Counted from the first letter of the stretch, positions 35,092-45,336 are shown. The stretch is 45,336 bases of DNA from an uncultured Hydromonas sp. (GCA_964481695.1 CAYZVI010000001.1:1-45336); one strand, 5' to 3'. Notes: generated by a model not told the origin, from the sequence alone. Numbers and translations: made by a program.

Positions 35092-35430
35092 TTAACGCAC
35101 CAGTTGTTTGCGTGTCAGTTGCGCCGTCTCATAGGCTGTACCGCCGTTCACCACATTGGTATAACCCATTTGCATTAGTGCAGTGCGTGCGTAAGCCGAA
35201 CGCATACCTGAAGCGCAGTATAAGATAATTGTGCGATCTTTATCCTTGAGTGCGTCCACTGAAGTAACGGTTTGTGGTGAAATGGCTTCCACCGGCAGAT
35301 TCAATGCATCTTCAACGTGTCCCATGCCAAACTCAGCCGGAGAGCGCACGTCAATCACCAGTGTATCTGTAGGCAGCTCGGTCGATGGCGTGCCGCGCAT
35401 TTGCGCTTTGAGCTGTTCAAAAACGTTCAT
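35092..35430 (-). CDS. Single-domain rhodanese sulfurtransferase
   Basis: VIDVRSPAEFGMGHV is followed by the active-site loop YCASGMRS. Confidence 0.85.
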   Translation of the reverse strand: MNVFEQLKAQMRGTPSTELPTDTLVIDVRSPAEFGMGHVEDALNLPVEAISPQTVTSVDALKDKDRTIILYCASGMRSAYARTALMQMGYTNVVNGGTAYETAQLTRKQLVR

Positions 35431-35431
35431 A

Positions 35432-37231
35432 TCAGTCTTTCTTCACTTCAATATTGGCTTGCACATTGCGCAGACGGATGTGCAGTTCGCGCAATTGTTT
35501 TTCATCAACTGGTGAAGGCGCTTGCGTGAGCAAACATTGCGCACGCTGGGTTTTCGGGAACGCAATCACGTCGCGAATAGAGTCGGCGCCAGCCATCATG
35601 GTAACGATGCGATCCAAACCAAAGGCGATACCGCCGTGCGGTGGCGCGCCGTATTGCAGTGCGTCGAGCAGGAAGCCGAATTTGGCTTGTGCTTCTTCCG
35701 CGTCGATGTTCAAAGCGCGGAAGACTTTGCTTTGTACTTCTTCGCGGTAGATACGCACCGAGCCGCCGCCGATTTCCCAGCCGTTCAGTACCATGTCGTA
35801 GGCTTTGGCCAAACATTTGCCCGGATCGGTAGCGAGGAAATCTTCGTGTCCGTCTTTGGGTGAAGTGAACGGGTGGTGGCAGGCAACCCAGCGTTTGGCT
35901 TCGTCGTCGTATTCAAACATCGGGAAGTCAACCACCCACAGCGGTTTCCAGTCTTTGGAAGCCAAGCCTTTTTCGTGGCCGATTTTGATACGCAGGGCGC
36001 CAATGGCGTCGTTCACCACTTTTGCGCGATCCGCGCCAAAGAAGATGATGTCGCCGTTTTGCGCGCCGGAGCGTTCCAAAATCGCTTGCAATGCGTCATC
36101 ACCAATGTTTTTCACGATCGGTGATTGCAGACCATCACGACCAGCAGCGAGGTCGTTGACCTTAATGTAGGCCAGCCCTTTGGCACCGTAGATGCCGACG
36201 AATTGAGTGTACGCATCAATTTCAGAGCGGGAGATTTCCGCGCCATTAGGTACGCGCAGTGCCACGACACGGCCGTCTTCGAGGTTCGCCGCTGAGTTGA
36301 ATACTTTGAAATCCACAGTTTTCATTACGTCGGTCAACTCGGTAAATTGCAGCGGTACGCGCAAGTCCGGTTTGTCCGAGCCGTACAGGTGCATTGCATC
36401 CGCATAGCTCATCACTGGGAATTGTTCGGCCAGATCAACGTCCAGCACTTCTTTGAAGACGCCGCGAATCATATTTTCAAACAATGCGCGGATGTCTTGC
36501 TCGGTCATGAATGAGGTTTCAATGTCGACCTGAGTGAACTCAGGCTGACGATCGGCGCGCAAGTCTTCGTCACGGAAACATTTGACGATCTGGTAGTAGC
36601 GATCGTAACCCGCGACCATCAACATCTGTTTAAACAGTTGGGGTGATTGCGGCAGAGCGAAAAATTGGCCGTCATGCACGCGAGACGGCACGAGATAGTC
36701 GCGCGCGCCTTCCGGTGTGGATTTGGTCAACATCGGGGTTTCGATGTCGATGAAGTCGTTCGCGTCCAAGAATTTGCGAATCGCCATTGCGGTGCGGTAG
36801 CGCAGGCGCAGATTGTGCTGCATTTGTGGGCGACGCAGATCGAGTACGCGGTGAGTCAGACGGGTGGTTTCCGACAGGTTTTCTTCGTCCAGCTGAAACG
36901 GAGGTGTGACCGATGGGTTGAGAATTTCCAGTTCTTTGCAGACCACTTCGATTTCGCCGGTCGCCAGTTTCGGGTTGACCAATGACGCATCGCGCAATAC
37001 CACGCGGCCAGTGATTTTCACGCAGAATTCGTTGCGCAAAGAAGAGGCCAGTTCAAACATAGCGGCATCATCTGGGTTACATACCACTTGAACCAAGCCT
37101 TCTTTGTCACGTACATCCAAGAAAATCACACCGCCGTGATCACGGCGACGGTTAATCCAGCCGCAGAGGGTAACAGTTTGTTCAACGAGTTCACGGTTCA
37201 GTTGACCGCAAAAGTGACTGCGCATGCTCAT
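35432..37231 (-). CDS. aspS: Aspartate--tRNA ligase
   Basis: A 599-aa ORF has an OB-fold N-terminus and class II motifs ([32 protein letters not shown]). It is a bacterial-type AspRS with the GAD insertion. Confidence 0.97.
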   Translation of the reverse strand: MSMRSHFCGQLNRELVEQTVTLCGWINRRRDHGGVIFLDVRDKEGLVQVVCNPDDAAMFELASSLRNEFCVKITGRVVLRDASLVNPKLATGEIEVVCKELEILNPSVTPPFQLDEENLSETTRLTHRVLDLRRPQMQHNLRLRYRTAMAIRKFLDANDFIDIETPMLTKSTPEGARDYLVPSRVHDGQFFALPQSPQLFKQMLMVAGYDRYYQIVKCFRDEDLRADRQPEFTQVDIETSFMTEQDIRALFENMIRGVFKEVLDVDLAEQFPVMSYADAMHLYGSDKPDLRVPLQFTELTDVMKTVDFKVFNSAANLEDGRVVALRVPNGAEISRSEIDAYTQFVGIYGAKGLAYIKVNDLAAGRDGLQSPIVKNIGDDALQAILERSGAQNGDIIFFGADRAKVVNDAIGALRIKIGHEKGLASKDWKPLWVVDFPMFEYDDEAKRWVACHHPFTSPKDGHEDFLATDPGKCLAKAYDMVLNGWEIGGGSVRIYREEVQSKVFRALNIDAEEAQAKFGFLLDALQYGAPPHGGIAFGLDRIVTMMAGADSIRDVIAFPKTQRAQCLLTQAPSPVDEKQLRELHIRLRNVQANIEVKKD

Positions 37232-37285
37232 GGTGAAAATCTTTCTATAGTTTCAAAAATAAGGTTATTTGATATTCAATATGGG

Positions 37286-38050
37286 TTATTGAGGGGTTAC
37301 ATCTGAATCAGAGTTGTATTCGTGGTTGCTTGTTGCGCGAGATTCTTTGGAAGATGAATCTGTGTCAGTGATATTTTTAGCCAGACGTTTGTCCAATTTT
37401 TTGGACTGTTTTTCATCTGGATCAACAACGCCCATCGAAATGATATATTTGAGTGCCTCATCCACACTCATGTCCAGCTCAACCACTTCAGAACGCTTCA
37501 TAATTAAAAAGAATCCTGAGGTGGGGTTGGGGGTGGTTGGAATATAAACACTAATGCATTCTTCTGGTAAATTTTGAGCCACTTGACCCGATGGTGTACC
37601 GGTTTGGAATGCGACCGTCCATACGCCTTCACGTGGATATTGCACCAATAGTGCTTTTCGAAATGCCTGTCCACTACTTGAGAATAGCGTGTCAGAAACT
37701 TGCTTGACACTGCCGTAAACGTTTTTAATGATTGGGATTCGGGATAGCCCCGAATCCATGACGCGCAAAAACCATTGACCTAAAAAATTGGCTGCCATCA
37801 TTCCTGTGAAAAATAGCAGGAGAACCACCAAGATCACCCCCAGACCAGGAATATCTTTGACTCGGGTGAATTCTTCGGCCAGAGGCATTGGCAAAAATGC
37901 AGCAATCGTGTCAATGACACTTACAAAAATCCCTTGCAAAATCCCCATACCCCAAGCAATCACCGCAATGGTGATAATAACAGGCACCCAGACCAATATG
38001 CCGGTGACCAGATATTTGCGAATTTTTGCGCTGGTAAGCTCAAATTTCAT
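37286..38050 (-). CDS. DUF502 membrane protein
   Basis: The N-terminal TM pair is YLVTGILVWVPVIITIAVIAW, and the block IPIIKNVYGSVKQV is present. A low-complexity acidic/Ser tail follows. Confidence 0.82.
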   Translation of the reverse strand: MKFELTSAKIRKYLVTGILVWVPVIITIAVIAWGMGILQGIFVSVIDTIAAFLPMPLAEEFTRVKDIPGLGVILVVLLLFFTGMMAANFLGQWFLRVMDSGLSRIPIIKNVYGSVKQVSDTLFSSSGQAFRKALLVQYPREGVWTVAFQTGTPSGQVAQNLPEECISVYIPTTPNPTSGFFLIMKRSEVVELDMSVDEALKYIISMGVVDPDEKQSKKLDKRLAKNITDTDSSSKESRATSNHEYNSDSDVTPQ

Positions 38051-38108
38051 GAGGGTAGTCTGTCAATAGGTTTTACAAAAAAGTTGAGTCGTTCTAACTG
38101 GATTTCAA

Positions 38109-38366
38109 TTATACGTTGGCACATTGGGAAGCACACGCAGGCAGCGATGAGTCATTGGTTTTTGCTTCGTTGACAGCAGGGCACCAGCCGGCAAAGTCTG
38201 TTGCATACCAGCCAGAACCTTTAAGCTGAAAACCAGCTGCAGTAATTTGTTTGCTGAATGTTTCTTGTGTACACGCCGGACAAGTGGTCAACACCGGATC
38301 GCTCCTTTTTTGCAATACATCCTGCTGGTGCCCACATTCTTGGCAACGATAAGCATAAATTGGCAT
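38109..38366 (-). CDS. FmdB-family zinc-ribbon protein
   Basis: MPIYAYRCQECGH ... CPAC is the canonical CxxC...CxxC FmdB N-terminus. Confidence 0.85.
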   Translation of the reverse strand: MPIYAYRCQECGHQQDVLQKRSDPVLTTCPACTQETFSKQITAAGFQLKGSGWYATDFAGWCPAVNEAKTNDSSLPACASQCANV

Positions 38367-38503
38367 GTCCGTAATTCCTCTTTGTTCAGTATTTTAGCTT
38401 GAAACACAAATACCAGATCTATTCGTCAGGTTTATTGCTGCAGTTAAGAAGTTAATCAGCACCACTAATGTAATTGACGGTTCGATGCGATAAAGCACCC
38501 AGC

Positions 38504-38532
38504 ATTATACGGGTAAAGCGTATTTTTGACAA
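38504..38532 (-). promoter_or_regulatory. Strong sigma-70 promoter for the FmdB-DUF502-aspS operon
   Basis: The minus strand reads TTGTCA, then 17 nt, then TATAAT (38532->38504). This lies about 130 nt upstream of the FmdB ATG. Confidence 0.6.
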
Positions 38533-38569
38533 CGCGCTTACCAAGGTAACGAATTGAATTATTTAATGT

Positions 38570-38950
38570 TTATGCGGTAGGTGATGATGAAGAGGGTGCT
38601 TGCATGGAAACGCTACCCTGATAAATCGCACCCGGCTCAACCTGCAAAATTTGTGCCTCAATATTGCCGTAAATTTGAGCTGTGTGTTTGAGCTGTAATT
38701 GACGTGCAGTGATATTGCCATCCAGACGACCCAATACAATTAGATCCGCGCAAGTAATATCGCCTTGCACATGGCTTTTTTCGCCCATGACGACGCTGCC
38801 TTCGATGGTTAAATTGCCTTGGATTGAGCCATCAATCTTGATCGAATTTTTGGCTGTGATATTGCCTTGAATCAGACAGCCTTCGCCAATGAGCGTGCTG
38901 ATGTTGTCGTTACTGATGCTTAAATCTGCTGTTTTTTTATTATTAAACAT
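38570..38950 (-). CDS. Bactofilin (polymer-forming cytoskeletal protein, DUF583)
   Basis: A 126-aa ORF shows the repeating beta-helix pattern (IEGSVVMGEKSHVQGDITCADLIVLGRLDGNITA...). Confidence 0.85.
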   Translation of the reverse strand: MFNNKKTADLSISNDNISTLIGEGCLIQGNITAKNSIKIDGSIQGNLTIEGSVVMGEKSHVQGDITCADLIVLGRLDGNITARQLQLKHTAQIYGNIEAQILQVEPGAIYQGSVSMQAPSSSSPTA

Positions 38951-38979
38951 GATGGGTGAGGTTAATTTAGTTGTCTGTT

Positions 38980-39843
38980 TTATTGTGCGGAAACCACTAA
39001 AAACTGTTCAGGATCGATGGGAGTCCCGTCTTTGCGAATTTCATAATGCAGGTGAGGGCCTGTTGATCGACCTGTTGAGCCGACTTTACCAATAATGTCG
39101 CCCGCATTGACTGTCTGGCCGTTTTTAACATCAATCGCCGATAGATGGGCAAACATGATCTCGTAGCCACTTTGCAGGCTGATTCGAACAATGTTTCCAT
39201 AACCATTTTGAACACCTGCGAAATTCACCACACCCGTCGCTGTTGATTTAACCGGATCGCCTATTTCGCCACGAAAATCCAGTCCGGGATGACTTTCCGC
39301 CCCTGCGCCAGAAAAAGGATTGGCGCGAGAACCAAAAGTTGAGCTGATTTCACTTGAAACGGGTGCCCCCAAAGGCGTGGCCTTAAGTGCTGCCAGCAGA
39401 TTTTGAGTATTTTGAGCGTACGCGCCCATAAACGGCATAGGCGCTGATACCTTTAGTGCGACAGGGCCGCCTGCCGCATCATTCGGCTTTCCCAATTCTT
39501 CACCTTTTTTCGGTGGAGTTGTATACGCGCCACGCTCTTGTAAATAGTTTTGTAGCTCCAAAACGGCTTTTTCTGATTTTTTCAATTCGCTCAATTTGGC
39601 ATTTACCTCTGCCGAAGTGAAATTTTTCAAATCGGTAACTTCTTGCTTGAGCTCTGCATTTTGTTGGGCGGTAGTGTGATTTTTGTACAGAGTGGTAACC
39701 AAGGCAACACTTAATCCTAATGTGGCGATACTCAAACCCAATACCGTTGGTTTGATATAGCGCAACAGCTTGGTATTCATCTGCACGGTTTTGGTTTGAT
39801 CTTCTTCAATGATCAATACCGTTGAGCGGTTTTTAGAATTCAT
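38980..39843 (-). CDS. M23 (LytM-domain) peptidase with an N-terminal membrane anchor and coiled coil
   Basis: The TM helix is VLGLSIATLGLSVALVTTL. A coiled coil is followed by HPGLDF, GYGNIVRI and GPHLHYEI zinc-ligand motifs. Confidence 0.9.
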   Translation of the reverse strand: MNSKNRSTVLIIEEDQTKTVQMNTKLLRYIKPTVLGLSIATLGLSVALVTTLYKNHTTAQQNAELKQEVTDLKNFTSAEVNAKLSELKKSEKAVLELQNYLQERGAYTTPPKKGEELGKPNDAAGGPVALKVSAPMPFMGAYAQNTQNLLAALKATPLGAPVSSEISSTFGSRANPFSGAGAESHPGLDFRGEIGDPVKSTATGVVNFAGVQNGYGNIVRISLQSGYEIMFAHLSAIDVKNGQTVNAGDIIGKVGSTGRSTGPHLHYEIRKDGTPIDPEQFLVVSAQ

Positions 39844-40005
39844 CGGAATGCCCTATGCGAAACAAATTCATCGATTGTTGTGTTGTCTCTTGTAATATAA
39901 AAATGATGTTAAAGGAATTATAATCGCTTGGATTTTATGACATTTTTATCAAAATGGCTGTAAATTTTTGTAAAGAGCAATCATGTAAAAAATCAGGATA
40001 AAAAT

Positions 40006-40044
40006 AAAAACCATTTAACAATATATGGTTAAATGGTTTTTTTT
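40006..40044. terminator. Bidirectional terminator downstream of rho
   Basis: AAAAA CCATTTAAC ... GTTAAATGG TTTTTTTT lies 28 nt after the rho stop. Confidence 0.8.
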
Positions 40045-40071
40045 AAGTTTATTATTCGATTTGAATGTTGA

Positions 40072-41337
40072 TTACTTACCACTGCGCATCATCATATCGA
40101 AAAATTCTGCATTGTTTTTGGTTTGACGCATTTTATCCAAAATGAATTCCATGGCAGCAATATCATCCATGTCATAAAGGAATTTACGCAGAATCCAAAC
40201 CTTTTGCAGTACATCGGGTTTGAGCAATAATTCTTCGCGTCGAGTGCCCGAGCGGTTCAGAGAAATGGTTGGGTATACCCGTTTTTCTGACATCTTGCGA
40301 TCCAGTAGTAACTCCATATTGCCTGTACCTTTGAATTCTTCAAAAATCACCTCATCCATACGTGAGCCGGTATCAATCAATGCCGTGGCGATGATGGTCA
40401 GTGAGCCACCTTCTTCGATATTACGTGCGGCACCGAAGAAGCGTTTCGGGCGTTGCAGGGCATTGGCGTCAACACCGCCGGTCAGAACTTTGCCTGATGA
40501 TGGAATGACGTTGTTATACGCACGTGCCAGTCGGGTGATGGAGTCGAGCAAAATCACCACATCTTTTCCGGTTTCGGCCAGACGCTTGGCTTTTTCAATC
40601 ACCATTTCTGCAACCTGCACGTGACGAGTCGCAGGTTCGTCAAAGGTGGAGGCGACGACTTCACCGCGAACGGAACGTTGCATCTCGGTTACTTCCTCTG
40701 GGCGCTCGTCAATCAGTAGCACAAATAAACTGATATCAGGGCGGTTGCCCGTGATGGCGTGTGCAATGTTTTGCAGCATCACGGTTTTACCCGATTTAGG
40801 TTGTGCCACGATCAGACCACGTTGACCTAAGCCAATCGGCGCGATTAAATCAATAATACGACCAGTGATGTTTTCCTCTGCGCGGATATCACGTTCTAAA
40901 GGTAGCAGTTTATTCGGGTGAATCGCAGTCAAGTTTTCAAACATGATGCGATGTTTGGTGTGCTCAGGTGGCAAGCCGTTGACTTTGTCCACTTTAACCA
41001 AGGCGAAATAGCGCTCATTGTCTTTTGGCGTGCGCACCTCACCCTCAATGGTGTCGCCGGTATGTAGATTGAAACGACGAATTTGCGCCGGAGAAATGTA
41101 AATATCGTCCGTGCTGGCTAAATATGAGGTGTCGGGTGAGCGCAAAAAGCCAAAACCGTCTGGAAGTACTTCAAGGGTGCCGTCACCGAATACGGACTCG
41201 CCGGCTTTGGCGCGGCGTTTCAAGATAGCGAACATCAGCTCCTGTTTGCGCAGGCGGCTGGCGTTTTCGATGCCCATTTCTAAAGCGGTATCGACCAGAG
41301 ATTTAATGGGTAATGATTTGAGTTCGTTTAAGTGCAT
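40072..41337 (-). CDS. rho: Transcription termination factor Rho
   Basis: It is collinear with E. coli and Burkholderia Rho ([43 protein letters not shown]). The start is set at ATG 41337 (MHLNELKSL) rather than the track start 41376. Confidence 0.97.
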   Translation of the reverse strand: MHLNELKSLPIKSLVDTALEMGIENASRLRKQELMFAILKRRAKAGESVFGDGTLEVLPDGFGFLRSPDTSYLASTDDIYISPAQIRRFNLHTGDTIEGEVRTPKDNERYFALVKVDKVNGLPPEHTKHRIMFENLTAIHPNKLLPLERDIRAEENITGRIIDLIAPIGLGQRGLIVAQPKSGKTVMLQNIAHAITGNRPDISLFVLLIDERPEEVTEMQRSVRGEVVASTFDEPATRHVQVAEMVIEKAKRLAETGKDVVILLDSITRLARAYNNVIPSSGKVLTGGVDANALQRPKRFFGAARNIEEGGSLTIIATALIDTGSRMDEVIFEEFKGTGNMELLLDRKMSEKRVYPTISLNRSGTRREELLLKPDVLQKVWILRKFLYDMDDIAAMEFILDKMRQTKNNAEFFDMMMRSGK

Positions 41338-41627
41338 GGCTTTAATTAAGTATAGAAAATTGCGTGGAAGTAGCACTCATCAGTGAGGCAATGTGCAACG
41401 TGTGGTTTTTAGCTGGAGTTGATTGGTGAGAATCAGTGATGTTTAATGATAATCAATGATGTGTTCAGGCGTGGGCGCTAATAGTTTGTGTGCTGAGCGC
41501 GTGTCAATGCTGGATGGGTTGGGGAGCGTTGTCGCCTGTTGGTGGTGAATTTGCGTTGAGCAATAATCAATCGAAGCGAATTATGCCGATTTGAGCGTGC
41601 TTTGTCAAATCGGCATGGTGTAACTAA
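41338..41627 (-). promoter_or_regulatory. Long C-rich, G-poor rho leader (probable autoregulatory Rho-dependent attenuator) plus the trxA 3' hairpin
   Basis: A 290-nt ORF-free gap lies between trxA and rho. A hand count over 41401-41580 gives 62 C versus 21 G in the transcript sense. A 12-bp hairpin, ATGCCGATTTGA/TCAAATCGGCAT, sits at 41583-41616 without a U-run. Confidence 0.5.
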
Positions 41628-41951
41628 TTAGATGTGGCTGTCGATGAATGCGGCCAATTGTGATTTGCTGGCTGCGCCGACTTTAGTGCCCATCAAGGTA
41701 CCATTTTTGAACAACAGCAGAGTTGGAATACCACGAATGCCAAATTTTGCTGGCGATTCTTGGTTTTCGTCCACGTTGACTTTAACAATGCTGAGTTTGT
41801 CGCCGTAGTCTGCTGCCAATTCATCCAAGATCGGGGCGATCATGCGGCAAGGACCGCACCAAGAGGCCCAAAAGTCGACCAGTACAGGTACAGATGATTG
41901 CAAAACATCGGCGTCAAAAGAGGCGTCGGTAACTTGTTTGAGTGAGCTCAT
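41628..41951 (-). CDS. trxA: Thioredoxin 1
   Basis: A 107-aa ORF has the WCGPC active site and the conserved trxA-rho order. Confidence 0.97.
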   Translation of the reverse strand: MSSLKQVTDASFDADVLQSSVPVLVDFWASWCGPCRMIAPILDELAADYGDKLSIVKVNVDENQESPAKFGIRGIPTLLLFKNGTLMGTKVGAASKSQLAAFIDSHI

Positions 41952-42106
41952 GGTTTTATCCTTGTGTTCAATATTCAGTTGGTTGATCAGTATTCTCGTC
42001 GAAAGTAATTCTCGGATGAATGCTAAATTGGGCGCAAAATGCTTATTTCAAGTGCACACATTTTAAACTGTTTTATTAAAACGTGTTGGTTTTGCAATCA
42101 TTCGGC

Positions 42107-43075
42107 TTATTTGTTTAAACGATATTCAATGCGACGATTTTTCAAACGGCCGGTTTCGGTATCGTTACTTGCTACAGGCACGGATGAACCATAGCCTTTG
42201 GCGGTGATCAAATCGGCGGGAACCTCTTGTTTGATCAAAAAGTCACGAACCGCTTTGGCGCGCATTTCAGAGAGCTTAACGTTATTGGCTTCGTTACCAA
42301 CGTTATCTGCGTGGCCGGCGACTTCAAACCCCACTTTTTTATCCTTGAGTAAAACCGCTGCTTTTTTCAAGATAGCTTGGTTTTCTACTGGAATTTGTGC
42401 TGAACCACTGGCGAAATTAATGATTTGCAAATTCATCGCATCCAAAATGGCTTGGGCATCGGAGTTAACTGAGAGGCTGTCTAACGATGAAAGCGCATTG
42501 GTATTGGCGGTTTTTACATTCCCTGCAATGTCGAGGGCTTTAATGGTAGTGCCTTCGCCGACGAATTCAGTCAAGCTATCTTTGAGAGAGATGGCGGTAC
42601 CGGATAAGGTCAATGTGTCGCCGTTAGCTGTCAATTCTGCGCCGGGTAACTTGAAAAAACCAAAGAAGCCTTTGATCTTGTCCAGCCATTTGGCGGGTTT
42701 GAGCTTGTCGTTGACAGTCAAATTGTTGGTATAGTGCCCATCTCCGAAGGTTGCACGTAATTCGTTATCAATGCTCATCTTGATGGCTTCACTCGGAACG
42801 CTGCCGTTGAGCGTGAAGTGATTTTGTGCATTTGATGCAGTCAAGCTCATAGGCGCGAGCGCAATGCTTGGTGCTTTTGGCTGCGCTGGTGCTTGAGTTT
42901 TTACAACGGGTTTAGGTACCGGAATGGCATGATTGAGGTTTGTTCCGCCTTGCAGCAGCAACCACACGAGCAGGGCGCTAACGGCCGCGCCAGTATACTG
43001 GGCAATGGTTGGAATATCTCCGATTAAATTATGAACAACGGATTTTTTAGTATTAGAAGTATTGTTTTGGCTCAT
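42107..43075 (-). CDS. OmpA-family peptidoglycan-associated protein with an N-terminal membrane anchor
   Basis: The C-terminal OmpA-like domain is FASGSAQI...GHADNVG....N..LSE.RA.AV...L. The single TM helix is AAVSALLVWLL. I prefer ATG 43075 (MSQNNTS) over the TTG at 43105. Confidence 0.85.
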   Translation of the reverse strand: MSQNNTSNTKKSVVHNLIGDIPTIAQYTGAAVSALLVWLLLQGGTNLNHAIPVPKPVVKTQAPAQPKAPSIALAPMSLTASNAQNHFTLNGSVPSEAIKMSIDNELRATFGDGHYTNNLTVNDKLKPAKWLDKIKGFFGFFKLPGAELTANGDTLTLSGTAISLKDSLTEFVGEGTTIKALDIAGNVKTANTNALSSLDSLSVNSDAQAILDAMNLQIINFASGSAQIPVENQAILKKAAVLLKDKKVGFEVAGHADNVGNEANNVKLSEMRAKAVRDFLIKQEVPADLITAKGYGSSVPVASNDTETGRLKNRRIEYRLNK

Positions 43076-43484
43076 GATCAGGCTCTTTGTGGTTGCAGGG
43101 CTCAAGACGAGTTGAGAAATACGGTTATAAGTTACTTTTATTAGTTTAACCGATGTGTGGATTATTTGGGTGCGAAAATCAATAGGAATGGTTTAGCGTG
43201 TGAAGCAAAAATATAGCTGATGAGTGAGGTCAAATTTATTTTTAATTTTAAGTCATATATAAGACACAAGAGTAAAAAAATCAGCTAAACTCTCGCCTAA
43301 CTCAATCTAGGATCAATCAGAAAATTATTCGAGTGACCTGTTTTTGGTCAGCTTGATGTAGGGTTTTTGATGCTAAAATATTTGGGTTCTCAATCATCCG
43401 CAGAGTGAATGAATGACATTGGGCATGAAGGCATTCTGATTTTCTGGTTATTGGGCTTTTTTATCTTTTTACAAAGGACTCAAC

Positions 43485-45336
43485 ATGTTAAAAGCTTATC
43501 GTGAACACGTTGCCGAGCGCGCCGCGTTGGGCATTCCTCCTCTCCCTTTGTCTGCTCAGCAAACTGCTGATTTGATCGAATTGCTGAAAAACCCACCGGC
43601 AGGTGAAGAAGCGTTTTTGGTCGATTTGCTGACCAATCGCGTCCCAGCGGGCGTGGACGATGCAGCGCGCGTGAAAGCGAGCTATCTGTCTGCGGTGGCG
43701 CATGGCGACGAAAAATGTGCTTTGATCTCTGCGGAAAAAGCAACTGAATTGCTCGGTACCATGCTGGGTGGTTACAACGTTGCACCATTGGTTGATTTGT
43801 TGGACAACGCCGCTGTAGGCACGATTGCTGCGGACGCATTGAAAAAAACCCTATTGGTATTCGACCAATTTCACGACGTGAAAGAAAAAGCCGACAAAGG
43901 CAATGCGAACGCTAAAGCGGTATTGCAAAGCTGGGCCGATGCCGAATGGTTCACTTCACGTCCAGAAGTACCTGAAAGCTTGACCATCACTGTATTCAAA
44001 GTCTCGGGCGAAACCAACACCGACGACTTGTCGCCAGCGCCAGACGCATGGAGCCGTCCAGACATTCCGCAACACGCTTTGGCGATGTTGAAAAATAAAC
44101 GCGATGGCATCGAGCCTGAAGAAGACGGCAAACGCGGTCCTGTGAAATTCCTCGAAGATTTGCGCGCCAAAGGTAATCTGGTCGCCTACGTTGGTGACGT
44201 GGTCGGTACGGGTTCTTCACGCAAATCAGCGACCAACTCTGTATTGTGGTTCACTGGCGAAGACGTGCCGTTCGTACCGAACAAACGTTTCGGTGGCGTG
44301 TGCTTGGGTGGCAAAATTGCGCCTATTTTCTACAATACCATGGAAGATGCTGGCGCAATGCCAATCGAATTGGATGTGTCGAAAATGGATATGGGCGATG
44401 TAGTAGAACTGCGTCCATACGATGGTAAAGCACTGAAAAATGGTGAAGTCATCGCTGAATTCAAAGTGAAATCCGATGTATTGTTCGACGAAGTACGCGC
44501 AGGTGGCCGTATTCCATTGATCATCGGTCGTGGCTTGACTGCGAAAGCGCGTGAAGCATTGGGCTTGCCAGTATCTACTTTGTTCCGTTTGCCAACCAAT
44601 CCGGCGGACAACGGCAAAGGTTTCTCTCTGGCACAAAAAATGGTTGGTCGTGCCTGTGGTTTGCCAGACGGTCAAGGTATCCGTCCGGGCACTTACTGCG
44701 AACCGAAAATGACCACGGTCGGCTCACAAGACACCACCGGCCCTATGACCCGTGATGAGTTGAAAGACTTGGCGTGCTTGGGTTTCTCCGCTGATATGGT
44801 GATGCAATCGTTCTGCCACACGGCGGCCTATCCAAAACCAGTCGACGTGAAAATGCACCACGAATTGCCAGACTTTATCAGCACACGCGGTGGTGTGGCT
44901 CTGCGTCCGGGCGATGGCGTGATCCACTCATGGTTGAACCGTTTGCTGTTGCCAGACACAGTCGGTACTGGCGGTGACTCACATACCCGTTTCCCAATCG
45001 GTATTTCATTCCCAGCCGGTTCTGGCTTGGTGGCGTTTGCCGCGGCAACGGGCGTAATGCCGTTGGATATGCCTGAATCGGTATTGGTTCGTTTTAAAGG
45101 CACGATGAACCCAGGCGTGACTTTGCGTGACTTGGTGAATGCGATTCCTTTGTACGCGATCAAACAAGGCCTGTTGACCGTGGCCAAACAAGGCAAGAAA
45201 AATATCTTCTCCGGTCGCATCCTCGAAATCGAAGGCTTGCCTGATCTGAAAGTGGAGCAAGCATTTGAATTGTCTGACTCGGCAGCAGAGCGCTCTGCTG
45301 CGGCGTGCTCGGTACACTTGAACAAAGAACCGATCA
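43485..45336 (+). CDS. acnB: Aconitate hydratase B / 2-methylisocitrate dehydratase (N-terminal 617 codons; continues past the window end)
   Basis: An open plus-strand frame runs from ATG 43485 to the window edge. It is not in the ORF track because there is no stop. [51 protein letters not shown] and [22 protein letters not shown] are near-identical to E. coli AcnB. Confidence 0.97.
   Translation, partial: MLKAYREHVAERAALGIPPLPLSAQQTADLIELLKNPPAGEEAFLVDLLTNRVPAGVDDAARVKASYLSAVAHGDEKCALISAEKATELLGTMLGGYNVAPLVDLLDNAAVGTIAADALKKTLLVFDQFHDVKEKADKGNANAKAVLQSWADAEWFTSRPEVPESLTITVFKVSGETNTDDLSPAPDAWSRPDIPQHALAMLKNKRDGIEPEEDGKRGPVKFLEDLRAKGNLVAYVGDVVGTGSSRKSATNSVLWFTGEDVPFVPNKRFGGVCLGGKIAPIFYNTMEDAGAMPIELDVSKMDMGDVVELRPYDGKALKNGEVIAEFKVKSDVLFDEVRAGGRIPLIIGRGLTAKAREALGLPVSTLFRLPTNPADNGKGFSLAQKMVGRACGLPDGQGIRPGTYCEPKMTTVGSQDTTGPMTRDELKDLACLGFSADMVMQSFCHTAAYPKPVDVKMHHELPDFISTRGGVALRPGDGVIHSWLNRLLLPDTVGTGGDSHTRFPIGISFPAGSGLVAFAAATGVMPLDMPESVLVRFKGTMNPGVTLRDLVNAIPLYAIKQGLLTVAKQGKKNIFSGRILEIEGLPDLKVEQAFELSDSAAERSAAACSVHLNKEPI

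Noticed and set aside
41338-41376. A 13-codon N-terminal extension of rho ([13 protein letters not shown]).
   Set aside because: Rho orthologues start at MHLxELK / MNLTELK, and ATG 41337 reproduces this.
41447-41465. A Fur-box-like sequence, TTTAATGATAATCAATGAT, in the rho leader.
   Set aside because: Only 13 of 19 positions match GATAATGATAATCATTATC and the dyad symmetry is poor. It overlaps the 20-bp-phased repeat, which explains the resemblance, and there is no iron-related gene context.
1-45336. A search by eye for CRISPR repeats, IS elements and inverted terminal repeats, integrase, transposase or phage genes, tRNA/rRNA genes, toxin-antitoxin pairs and known defence-system signatures.
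   Set aside because: None was found. No tRNA T-loop/acceptor pattern was spotted, there are no regularly spaced repeats, and every large ORF is accounted for by housekeeping or envelope functions.

Overview
This 45.3-kb window looks like ordinary proteobacterial chromosome. The Rho N-terminus and the FmdB-DUF502-aspS arrangement are most reminiscent of Betaproteobacteria, but the taxon cannot be settled from here. I can support about 41 protein genes, one ncRNA, and a set of promoters and terminators.

Content from left to right:
- a secreted phytase-like esterase (partial, minus strand, missing from the ORF track), dut and nudB
- an xthA / NlpC-P60 / lipoprotein / DUF4298-like operon
- a complete phosphate block pstSCAB-phoU-phoBR with a textbook Pho box
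- an MHS-type MFS transporter and uppP
- a cNMP/CBS/DUF294 nucleotidyltransferase plus DEDDh exonuclease pair directly upstream of yjcH-actP
- a DUF853 (HerA-like) / can / nhaD / MenA-like prenyltransferase string
- yebC, DUF883 and pyrF
- a PlpD-like patatin/Omp85 (type Vd) protein coupled to a TauE/SafE permease
- a 6S RNA (ssrS) that explains a 485-bp ORF-free gap
- an EptA/MCR-type phosphoethanolamine transferase, htpX and a secreted tannase-like hydrolase
- a GGCT-like protein, a rhodanese, aspS, DUF502 and an FmdB zinc ribbon
- a bactofilin plus M23 peptidase pair, rho, trxA, an OmpA-family protein and acnB (partial, plus strand, missing from the ORF track)

I saw no transposase, integrase, phage gene, CRISPR array, tRNA/rRNA, or recognisable defence or toxin-antitoxin module. 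I therefore do not claim a clear-cut new system.

The best candidates for follow-up are:
- the translationally coupled sensor-nucleotidyltransferase/exonuclease pair next to the acetate permease, whose function is unknown
- the unannotated 6S RNA
- OmpR-family-type direct-repeat promoters in front of the phytase-like gene and eptA
- the DUF853-can-nhaD-prenyltransferase string
- the TauE-PlpD coupling

All family assignments come from motif recognition by eye and memory. No database search was run.
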